Below are positions 9,089-16,873 of a stretch of DNA of 43,551 bases, piece after piece (position 1 is the first letter of the stretch; each line of letters begins with the position of its first letter). Source of the DNA: Candidatus Zipacnadia bacterium (GTDB lineage Bacteria; Armatimonadota; Zipacnadia; Zipacnadales; UBA5352). The notes beneath the pieces were generated by a model, which saw nothing but the letters and a program-made list of their open reading frames with translations, had not been told where the DNA came from and did not search any database. The position numbers and the translations under genes are program-made. Where the stretch lies: NCBI GenBank assembly GCA_029821265.1, contig JALGTR010000002.1, positions 1 through 43,551 of the forward strand. Direction: 5' to 3'.

Positions 9089-9289
9089 ATGGTATCGACA
9101 ATCAAGCCACGACCGGGCATAACGACTTGCCTCCGCTGCCACCGCGATTGGCGCTCACCGGACGTGCCGCGACTCCGGATCTGCCCACGCTGCACCAGGG
9201 TCAACGAACACGCCCAACGCACTGGCCGTCCGCATCCCGCCCGCGTGCGACTGTCGCGGCCAGCGACCCGAGGAGACGCATCAGAATGA
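9089..9289 (+). CDS. Small zinc-finger protein
   Basis: CLRC...RICPRC; AAGGAG SD; coupled to dnaB. Confidence 0.7.
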   Translation: MVSTIKPRPGITTCLRCHRDWRSPDVPRLRICPRCTRVNEHAQRTGRPHPARVRLSRPATRGDASE

Positions 9290-10614
9290 TCGCTGCCCCA
9301 TCCACTCGGCAACAGCCCCAGAACCTCGACGCCGAGATGGCTGTGCTCGGCGCCATGCTGCTCGACGCCGAGGCCGCGGACGAGGCCATCGAGGCGCTGA
9401 CCGCTGAGCACCTCTACAGCCGCGCCAACCAGATCGTGTTCACGGCCATCGCCGAGATGCGCGACCAACAGCAGGCCATCGACGCGGTCATCCTCCGCGA
9501 GCGTCTCCAGTCCGCTGGCACGCTCGACAAGGCCGGCGGTGCGGGCTACATCATGGCGCTGTTCGACGCGGTGCCCACCTCGGCCAACGTGGGCTACTAC
9601 ATCGACATCGTGCGCAAGGCCTGGCTCCGCCGTCGCATCATCAGCGTGGGCCGCAACATGGTCAGTGATGCCTACGACGGCGACGACATCGATGACATGC
9701 TCGACAAGGCCGAGCAGGACGTGCTCGCGATCAACGATGGCCGCGGGGGCGAGTTGTCCATGAGCGACATCCTCGCTGGCCTCTTCGACACGATCGATGC
9801 CGGCGGCGTCGGCGCGGACGCCGTGCCCACCGGGTTCTACGATCTCGACGACCTCGTCGGCGGGATGCGCAAGAGCGAGTTCATCGTCGCCGCGGCGCGG
9901 CCCAGCATCGGCAAGACGAGTTGGTGCCTCAACGTGGCGCTGCACGTCGCGATCGAGCACAGCACACCCGTGGCGGTCTTCTCCCTGGAGATGGGCGCCG
10001 AGCGCGTCGCACAGAACATGCTCGCCATGCACGCACGGGTCGACGGCGCCCGGCTGGGCAAGGGCCTGATCTCCGATACCGAGTGGGCGGCCGTGACATT
10101 GTCAACTGGCGAACTCACCGCAGCGCCCGTGTTCGTCGACGACACGACCCCGCTCTCGATCCGAGAGTTGCGTGCACGCGCTCGCCGGCTGCATCAGCGG
10201 CATAACATCGGCCTCGTGATCGTGGACTACCTCCAGCTCCTCGACGCACCCGACCGCCGCCGCGATGGCCGCGTGGGCGAGTTGGGTGCGGTAAGCCGCG
10301 GGCTCAAGGCCTTGGCCAAGGAATTGCGGATCCCCGTGCTCGCGGCCGCGCAACTCAACCGCGGCGCGGAGGGCGACGGCGACAAGCCCCGCAAGCCCCG
10401 CATGTCGAACCTGCGCGAGTCGGGCTCGATCGAGCAGGATGCGGACGTTGTCCTGCTCCTGCATCGGGACGACTACTACGACCCCGACGAGCGCCCCGGC
10501 ATCGCAGACGTGATCGTGGCCAAGGATCGCAACGGCCCGACCGGCCAGATCGAGCTGGTCTTCCGTCGCGAGATCATGCGGTTCGAGAGTCTATCACGAC
10601 AAACCGTATCGTGA
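9286..10614 (+). CDS. dnaB: Replicative DNA helicase DnaB
   Basis: N-domain PQNLDAEMAVLGAMLLD; AARPSIGKT, FSLEM, IVDYLQL, AQLNR, LRESGSIEQDAD, AK.RNGPTG. Confidence 0.96.
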   Translation: MIAAPSTRQQPQNLDAEMAVLGAMLLDAEAADEAIEALTAEHLYSRANQIVFTAIAEMRDQQQAIDAVILRERLQSAGTLDKAGGAGYIMALFDAVPTSANVGYYIDIVRKAWLRRRIISVGRNMVSDAYDGDDIDDMLDKAEQDVLAINDGRGGELSMSDILAGLFDTIDAGGVGADAVPTGFYDLDDLVGGMRKSEFIVAAARPSIGKTSWCLNVALHVAIEHSTPVAVFSLEMGAERVAQNMLAMHARVDGARLGKGLISDTEWAAVTLSTGELTAAPVFVDDTTPLSIRELRARARRLHQRHNIGLVIVDYLQLLDAPDRRRDGRVGELGAVSRGLKALAKELRIPVLAAAQLNRGAEGDGDKPRKPRMSNLRESGSIEQDADVVLLLHRDDYYDPDERPGIADVIVAKDRNGPTGQIELVFRREIMRFESLSRQTVS

Positions 10615-11399
10615 TGAAGCTAACCCAACAACCGCTCTGGTTCGAGTCCACAGAGGCCAAGGTCACCGAGGCCGTCGAGTTCATGCGCGATCACGAACCA
10701 CCCGAAGGCTACGGCCTGGGCTTCTCCGGCGGCAAGGACAGCATCGTGCTCCACTGGCTGGCAGAGCGAGCGGGCGTCACGTTCCGGGCGCACTACGCGG
10801 ACACCACCGTTGACCCGCCAGAGCTGCGGCGGTTCATCCGCAAGCACTACCCGCACGCCCGGTGGGTGCGCAGGCGTAAGGAGCATATGTGGCAGAGGAT
10901 GATTGCTAAGCGCATGGTGCCAACACGAGTGAGGCGATGGTGCTGTCATGAATACAAGGAGGTGGGTTCCTCCATCACACGAGAGCGGCATGTCCTCCTC
11001 GGCATTCGCGCCGAAGAGAGCGCGCGACGCAAAGCCTATCCGCGCCACCACATGCACACGGGCGGTTTTCACACTCACCTCTATTACCCCGCGCTCTGGT
11101 TCAACCTGGCCGACGTGTGGGAGATTATCGAGGGCGAGGGCCTGCCATACCCCGCCCTCTACGACGAGGGCTTCGATCGGCTGGGCTGTGTCGTCTGCCC
11201 CTTCCGCAGCGGCAACGCACACACCCCCTGGGAGGAGCGGTGGCCGCGGCACTATCGCCAGTTCAAACGATGCCTCTGCAGGCTCGTTGACAACAGCAAG
11301 CGGTATTGGTTCCTACGCAACGTCCACGATGGCTACCAACTGTATGACCTATGGCGGTGCGGAAACGGCGCGCTACGCGGCAGGGAGGTGCACGAATAG
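10611..11399 (+). CDS. PAPS reductase-family (PP-loop) protein
   Basis: FSGGKDS, RWCC..YKE, GIRAEES.RR and LYDEGFDRLGCVVCP motifs. Confidence 0.9.
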   Translation: MMKLTQQPLWFESTEAKVTEAVEFMRDHEPPEGYGLGFSGGKDSIVLHWLAERAGVTFRAHYADTTVDPPELRRFIRKHYPHARWVRRRKEHMWQRMIAKRMVPTRVRRWCCHEYKEVGSSITRERHVLLGIRAEESARRKAYPRHHMHTGGFHTHLYYPALWFNLADVWEIIEGEGLPYPALYDEGFDRLGCVVCPFRSGNAHTPWEERWPRHYRQFKRCLCRLVDNSKRYWFLRNVHDGYQLYDLWRCGNGALRGREVHE

Positions 11400-11465
11400 C
11401 GAACAGAGAAACAGTGACAGCGCCGGCAACGTCGCCGGCTCACCCTAACCCGATTGGAGGTCAGA

Positions 11466-12047
11466 ATGGCGAAGGCGAAAACGAAGGAGTCAGTGTATCG
11501 GAGCACAGCGGACATCGACGCTGCGCTGGGCGAGATGATCGCCCTCGAGCTGGAGGCGCAACACAAGACCGTGCGCATCCGTCAGAAAATGGCCGCGCTG
11601 CAACAGGAGATGGTCGCCGAGGCGGGCGAGATCCCCGGCAAGACCAAGGCGATCGAGGATCAGATCAAGCTCTTCTGCCAGGCACATCCCGAGGTGTTCG
11701 GCGACAAGCAGACGCTCGATCTCAATAACGGCTCGGTGTCCTTCCGCGAGGGCAACCCCTCCGTGAAGATCGCCGGCAAACACGACGAGGACGGCGCGCT
11801 GGAGAAGTGCCGCGAACTGAACTATCCGCAGTTCGTGGCCACGTCGCCGCGGCTCGACAAGGAGGCCATCTTGCGCGCTGTGCGCGAGGAACAGATCACC
11901 GCCGAAGAGCTGGCCAATCTCTGGATGCGCGTCGAACAGCGCACCACGTGGACGGTCAAGCCCAACGTGCCAGAGGAGATCAAGGGCATTCTCGACGAGA
12001 CGGAGACGGCGATCAAGGCCGGCAAGAAGAAGAAGGCAGCGGCATAG
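11466..12047 (+). CDS. gam: Gam-like host-nuclease inhibitor
   Basis: Coiled-coil N-half, F...K.TL.L..G.VSFR...PS and LDKEAI motifs. GGAGG SD. Confidence 0.85.
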   Translation: MAKAKTKESVYRSTADIDAALGEMIALELEAQHKTVRIRQKMAALQQEMVAEAGEIPGKTKAIEDQIKLFCQAHPEVFGDKQTLDLNNGSVSFREGNPSVKIAGKHDEDGALEKCRELNYPQFVATSPRLDKEAILRAVREEQITAEELANLWMRVEQRTTWTVKPNVPEEIKGILDETETAIKAGKKKKAAA

Positions 12048-12056
12048 GCAGTCGAT

Positions 12057-12083
12057 GGGCAGGCGGCACATCGCCGCCTGCCC
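12057..12083 (+). other. Intergenic GC-rich hairpin after gam
   Basis: GGGCAGGCGGC-ACATC-GCCGCCTGCCC is a perfect 11-bp stem with no U-tract. Confidence 0.6.
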
Positions 12084-12103
12084 GCTCTGACAAGGAGGAG
12101 AAC

Positions 12104-12325
12104 ATGCAAAACCCACCCATAGCATATCTGATTGGTGGCCCCCACGATCTGATGAAACTCGCAGTAGAGCCCGTCGATAACACGAAACCGCCCAACACTC
12201 TGTACCTCACGTTCCCGGCAGACCCCCATGCCCCGTGGGACGGACTGCGGCGTGCCCGCTACGAGCGGTGGCAGCAGATGCGGTTCGGTTACATATATCT
12301 CTATGCTGGCGATGAAGAGGCCTGA
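12104..12325 (+). CDS. Hypothetical protein
   Basis: AAGGAGGAG SD; LIGGPHD motif typical of small phage proteins. Confidence 0.65.
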   Translation: MQNPPIAYLIGGPHDLMKLAVEPVDNTKPPNTLYLTFPADPHAPWDGLRRARYERWQQMRFGYIYLYAGDEEA

Positions 12326-12326
12326 G

Positions 12327-12881
12327 ATGGCAACGGCAACCAAACGAAAAGCACAAACGAGGATGAACGCGCGGCGTGCGTTCCTTGGGCTGTGCAATCA
12401 GCACGGCATCTCAGACGATGACAGGCACTCGATCATCAGTTCGATCACGGGCGGACGGACCGAGAGCGTGGCCAACCCCAAGCGCGGCAAAGCCACGGCA
12501 ACGACAGTCGAGATCATCGACGCCATCCAATGGGTCGAAGGTCAGTATGGCAGAAGTGAGCACTCGCCCAAGGCCAGGCCCGAGCGGCACATGCCAGCGG
12601 ATGCTGACTGGGTGGAGATCCCCCATTGCCCCGTGCGGCCGGGCATGGCCACCGCGGCTACCGTCAAGAAGATCCTCGCCATGGCCCGCGCCGCGTTGGG
12701 CCTGCACTGGCAGGAGCGGCTCGCTGGCCTCGCGCTCGGCGACCACAAGCGCAACCCGATCCCCCCGTTCCACCGCGCCCGCGCGGCCGCGGTGGCTGGA
12801 GGCATCGGCGAGCAGCTCGCGGAGTTGCCCGAGCGCGAGGCGGCGAAGGTGATCCAATTACTCAGCAGGAGGAAGTGGTGA
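12327..12881 (+). CDS. GemA (Mu gp16/DUF1018)-like protein
   Basis: G.SDDD....I..ITG.R..S N-terminus, EA.KVI..L C-terminus, and Mu synteny. Confidence 0.6.
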   Translation: MATATKRKAQTRMNARRAFLGLCNQHGISDDDRHSIISSITGGRTESVANPKRGKATATTVEIIDAIQWVEGQYGRSEHSPKARPERHMPADADWVEIPHCPVRPGMATAATVKKILAMARAALGLHWQERLAGLALGDHKRNPIPPFHRARAAAVAGGIGEQLAELPEREAAKVIQLLSRRKW

Positions 12882-12882
12882 C

Positions 12883-13089
12883 ATGATAGCGACCGAGTCG
12901 GGCACGCGATGGATCTATCCCCGGACAGCCGCGGACCGACTCGGCGTTGACGTGCGAACGATCTACCGCTGGATACGGGATGGCTGGCTCGACTCTCGTA
13001 ACGTCGGCGTGCGCAAGACGCGCGTGTCGGCCGCGAGCGTCGAGCGCCTCATCGAACGACAATCACTCGAACGGCAAGGAGAATGGTAG
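12883..13089 (+). CDS. Excisionase/MerR-like HTH_17 protein (candidate late activator)
   Basis: AADRLGVDVRTIYRWIRDG.L...R...V. Occupies the Mor/C position at the end of the early operon. Confidence 0.8.
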   Translation: MIATESGTRWIYPRTAADRLGVDVRTIYRWIRDGWLDSRNVGVRKTRVSAASVERLIERQSLERQGEW

Positions 13090-13364
13090 TGGACGAGAAT
13101 CAAACAACGATGGCAGATGCAGAGAGCTTGGACAAGCAGCCTGAGGCAACGCCTCCCGGGGGGTGCCCCGAGCCGATGGAGGCTCAGTTCGAGCACGTGA
13201 ACCACTGGGAGAACGTCACAGTATGCGGCATCACTCGCACGGACGTGATCTGGGCGGCGCTGGCCTGTGCCGTCGCGTGCCTCCTTGGCTGGCGATGGGA
13301 ATGGGCGGTGGTCGCGTTCGCCGCGGCCGCGGGCATCCGGGGCTTGGCCGCACACACAGACTAA
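13083..13364 (+). CDS. Hypothetical membrane protein
   Basis: AAGGAG SD; two C-terminal hydrophobic segments. Confidence 0.6.
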   Translation: MVVDENQTTMADAESLDKQPEATPPGGCPEPMEAQFEHVNHWENVTVCGITRTDVIWAALACAVACLLGWRWEWAVVAFAAAAGIRGLAAHTD

Positions 13365-13415
13365 GCGACACAAGCGACAGCGGCCCTATGAAGTGACGGA
13401 GATGGCGCGTACAAT
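13363..13415 (+). promoter_or_regulatory. Putative activator-dependent late promoter
   Basis: AAGCGACA direct repeats at 13363 and 13372, TACAAT -10 at 13410-13415, no good -35. Lies at the early/late boundary. Confidence 0.5.
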
Positions 13416-13449
13416 GTAGAGCAGACGAACACAGACCATCACCGCGGCG

Positions 13450-13495
13450 AGCCCTCGCGAGAGCCGGTAAGGCTTTTGCGGGGGCTTCCGTTTTA
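13450..13495 (+). terminator. Hairpin with T-rich tail in the late leader
   Basis: AGCCCTCGCGAGAGCC-GGTAA-GGCTTTTGCGGGGCT imperfect stem followed by TCCGTTTTAT. Confidence 0.45.
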
Positions 13496-13505
13496 TGGGG
13501 ACTCG

Positions 13506-13961
13506 ATGCGAAACCTCGCCCTCGTCATTCTGGTCGCTCTCGCTGGCTGTCGCGCACCCGCTGACCAGTCCGCAACTCAGCAGGCACGCAACGTCCAGCG
13601 CCAGACCGCGGAGGCTGGACACACGGCTCGCCAGGACGAGACGAGCATCACCGACCAGCGGCAGCAGCAGACGAGCGGCAGCGCGCCCGTCGCCACCACA
13701 GCCCGCGACGTCGGCGCCATGTCAGTGACCGCGAACGCTGAGTTCCACGACCTCGGCAAACACCAGCTCGAGCTGGAGAAGCAGCGCCAGCGATCGGCGG
13801 CGCGATACCAGGCCATGATGGTCGGCGTGCTGCTCGGCGTGACGCTTATCGCGTTCACCACGAGCCCGCTGTTCCGCGGCGGCACGGCCAAGACCACCGC
13901 CCGGCTGTTTGCGTTGGGCCTGATCGGCGTGTCGTGCCTCATCCCCCTGTTGATCCCGTAG
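13506..13961 (+). CDS. Lipoprotein with C-terminal TM helices (putative lysis/spanin-like)
   Basis: MRNLALVILVALAG-C lipobox, polar Q/T-rich middle, two C-terminal hydrophobic helices. Confidence 0.7.
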   Translation: MRNLALVILVALAGCRAPADQSATQQARNVQRQTAEAGHTARQDETSITDQRQQQTSGSAPVATTARDVGAMSVTANAEFHDLGKHQLELEKQRQRSAARYQAMMVGVLLGVTLIAFTTSPLFRGGTAKTTARLFALGLIGVSCLIPLLIP

Positions 13962-13969
13962 AGGCGAGC

Positions 13970-14197
13970 ATGGCCACGAACACCGAGCGGATCGCACAGA
14001 TGGAGCAGGCCCGCAAGGGCGACGTCGAGAAGCTCGACGCAATCAAGTTGGTAGTCGATAGCAACGCCACGGCGCTCGGTGAGTTGCAGGTGAGCCATGC
14101 CGAGCACCTCCAGGCGCACAAGACCACGCGCCGCATCGCCACGGGCATCCTCGCCGCGGCGATGTTCTTGCTCGCGTTATTCGGACTGACGAAATGA
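13970..14197 (+). CDS. Coiled-coil protein with C-terminal TM (XhlA/holin-like)
   Basis: N-terminal heptads and one C-terminal hydrophobic helix, in the lysis-cassette position. Confidence 0.6.
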   Translation: MATNTERIAQMEQARKGDVEKLDAIKLVVDSNATALGELQVSHAEHLQAHKTTRRIATGILAAAMFLLALFGLTK

Positions 14198-14511
14198 ACC
14201 AAGGCCAACTCATAGAGCGAATCGCTACCCGATGCAAAATCAGTCGGGAGTTCGCGACGGACACGATCCACGTCGTGCTCGACGAGATCGCGCTTGCGCT
14301 CTGCCGAGATGAGGAGGTCGTGCTCGTGAGGTTCGGCCGGTTCCGCAACCGGCGCTTCACCGAGCGCACGACCCGCAACCCACAGACGGGCCAGCCCGTG
14401 CACCTGCCCGCCCGGTTAAATCCAGAGTTCCGATCGGCCCCCGATCTCAAGCGCCGCGTGAACGAGGCGCAGGGGATCACGGGGATCGACCATAAGTGGA
14501 GTCGCGGCTGA
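14194..14511 (+). CDS. HU/IHF family DNA-binding protein
   Basis: MN..QLI..IA, V.L..FG.F, R..RNPQTG..V..PAR..P.FR....LK..VN. Confidence 0.93.
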   Translation: MNQGQLIERIATRCKISREFATDTIHVVLDEIALALCRDEEVVLVRFGRFRNRRFTERTTRNPQTGQPVHLPARLNPEFRSAPDLKRRVNEAQGITGIDHKWSRG

Positions 14512-15098
14512 TGGCCCTGCACTCGACGAGCCAGCGCAAGCGCAATCGACGCATCAGCGAGAAGTATCGCGTATATCTCGCTGATCTGGCGCGGATCTAC
14601 GTCGAGGCATCGGAGGCGCCGGGCAAGGCCGCGACGCTCACACACGAGCAACTCGGCCTCGCCCCGGTCAACGCCAAGAGCTTCCGCCGATGGATTGAGG
14701 ATCCCGAGTTCGCCGCGTTCGTCAAGACCGAGCGAGAGCGCCAGGCGAACGAGGCTCGCACGGAGCCCGCTGTCCGCGGCCCGCAGAATATCGCATGGCT
14801 CTGCAAGGTCGGCATCAAACTTCGTGAGATGTATGACCACCCCGACGACGAGAAGGACCGCGTGGCGATCCTCAAGGCGATCCACGGCAACAACGCCGAG
14901 ATACGAGCCGAGGAGCGGCACTACGAAGAGCTGAAGACCGCGGCCGCTCGGCGGGATTTCGCGACTTTCCTGCGCAACCTCGTCAAGTGGGTCAAGCTCA
15001 ACTACTCGACGACCTACAAGATCGTGTTCCCGATCCTGCGCGACGCCCTGAAACGGCTCGACCAGATCATGGCGGGCATTGAGACGGTGGACGAATGA
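14511..15098 (+). CDS. Putative terminase small subunit
   Basis: Directly upstream of and coupled to TerL; helical with an HTH-like segment. Called by synteny only. Confidence 0.6.
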   Translation: MALHSTSQRKRNRRISEKYRVYLADLARIYVEASEAPGKAATLTHEQLGLAPVNAKSFRRWIEDPEFAAFVKTERERQANEARTEPAVRGPQNIAWLCKVGIKLREMYDHPDDEKDRVAILKAIHGNNAEIRAEERHYEELKTAAARRDFATFLRNLVKWVKLNYSTTYKIVFPILRDALKRLDQIMAGIETVDE

Positions 15099-16873
15099 TC
15101 GCGACCGACATCGGACAAGCCCAATTCGCTGGCCTCGCGGCCCTGGACGCGGCCGAGCGCGAACTCGACGCGCGGCACGCCACCGTCGTGGCCCGGCACT
15201 CCGGCGACCGCTGGGCTGATGCGATGGCGCTGCGAGACGACTTCGCGCATAACCACCACCGCACGACCAAAGGCGACCCGCTCGACCTCACGCCGCGCTG
15301 GCTCATGAAGATCTACGCGGAGACAGCGCTGAACATGGTCGTCAAGAAGAGCGTGCAGTGCGGTGTCAGTGAGTGGCTCGTATGCCTCGAGCTGGCACTC
15401 GCCGCGGTTGGGTTCACAACTTTCCATGTGCTCCCGACCTATGACGTCCGAAACCGCTTCGTGCAGCAGCGCGTTAACCGCGAGATCCTTATGGTGCCTC
15501 GGTATCAGGAGCTATCGCTCACCTCCATCGGCGAGGTGGACAACCTGCGCGTCAAGAACTTTGGCGACGGCGTGCTCTACTTCGCCGGCTCGAACACGCC
15601 GAACGAGTTCATCGAGATCCCCGCCGACGTGAAACTCGTGGACGAGATCGACAGATGCGATCAGCGGAACCTCGCGATGGCCGACGACCGCATCAGCGGT
15701 CCGGGCATGAAAGCGTCGGTCATCATCGGCAACCCGACCCACGCGGACTATGGCATCTCCGCGGCCTACGAGGCCAGCGACCAGCGGCAGTGGCACATCA
15801 AGTGCCGTTCGTGCGGCGACTGGCAGCCGCTCGACTTCTTCGTCAACGTCGTGCATGTGGACCGCGACGCGGAGGGCAACGCCCGCGACTACACGCTGCT
15901 CGACCAGAAATGGAATGAGGACAACGACGAGGACATCAAATGCTACTGCCGCAAGTGCCACGCGCCGCTCGACCGCCACGAGAACGACCCGAAGCACTGC
16001 CGCTGGATCGCGACGTATCCGAAGCGCAAGGTGGTCGGCTACCACATCAGCAAGCTCTTCACGCGGCAGACCACGCTCGCCGCGCTGTGGCTCAGGTTCC
16101 GCAAAGCGCTCGACGACGCGTGGGAGTTCCAGATCTTCATGAACTCCGACCTCGGGATCGAATACTCGCCCCCGGGTTCGGCGCTCACTGACGATCTGCT
16201 CAACGCCTGCTGCCGCGACTACATGATGCCCGGCAGCATCGGCGATCGGTCGTGCTCGATGGGCGTGGACGTTGGCGCCACGATGGACGTGCGCATCAGC
16301 GACCGCCCGGAGTCGGGCGTGCGCCGCGCCGCGTTCATCGGACGCGTCAAGAGCTTCGACGACCTGACCGCCCTGTCCAAGCGCTACCACGTGCGCCGGT
16401 GCGTGATCGACGCGGAGCCCGAGGTGCGCAAGACCATCGAGTGGGCGGACTCGTTCGGCACGGGCCGCAAGCGCCGCGTGTGGCGCGCAGATCTATTCTC
16501 ACAGCAGACGGCCCGCGACCTGCCGAACGCGAAGCAAGACGACTCCGACGATGGCTTGCTGCGTCTTGACCGCACGCAGCTCCTCGACATGGCCACCGCG
16601 GACATCATGCGGCAACGCAACTGGCTCCCACGCAACGCGGCCAGCCTGATGCGCGGCGACTTCTATAAACAGATGAAAGAGCCTAAGCGCGTCATGGTCA
16701 CCGCGCCGGATGGCACGCAGCGATGGACGTGGACCAAGGGCGTGGATCACCAGCGGTTCGCCGACGCGTTCGACTGCTATGCGTCGAGCGGCCTTGGCAT
16801 CACCATGGCCTCGGCCGAGTCGTGGGCAGAGGTCACTGGCGTGTCTGTTGACTCGCCCTACGAGGGATATTGA
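15095..16873 (+). CDS. Terminase large subunit (lambda GpA-like family)
   Basis: KSVQCGVSE Walker A variant, VDEID Walker B, GNPT coupling motif, SDQR.W...C..CG and YCRKC Zn motifs, MGVDVG nuclease, C-terminal DH...AD. Confidence 0.9.
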   Translation: MIATDIGQAQFAGLAALDAAERELDARHATVVARHSGDRWADAMALRDDFAHNHHRTTKGDPLDLTPRWLMKIYAETALNMVVKKSVQCGVSEWLVCLELALAAVGFTTFHVLPTYDVRNRFVQQRVNREILMVPRYQELSLTSIGEVDNLRVKNFGDGVLYFAGSNTPNEFIEIPADVKLVDEIDRCDQRNLAMADDRISGPGMKASVIIGNPTHADYGISAAYEASDQRQWHIKCRSCGDWQPLDFFVNVVHVDRDAEGNARDYTLLDQKWNEDNDEDIKCYCRKCHAPLDRHENDPKHCRWIATYPKRKVVGYHISKLFTRQTTLAALWLRFRKALDDAWEFQIFMNSDLGIEYSPPGSALTDDLLNACCRDYMMPGSIGDRSCSMGVDVGATMDVRISDRPESGVRRAAFIGRVKSFDDLTALSKRYHVRRCVIDAEPEVRKTIEWADSFGTGRKRRVWRADLFSQQTARDLPNAKQDDSDDGLLRLDRTQLLDMATADIMRQRNWLPRNAASLMRGDFYKQMKEPKRVMVTAPDGTQRWTWTKGVDHQRFADAFDCYASSGLGITMASAESWAEVTGVSVDSPYEGY

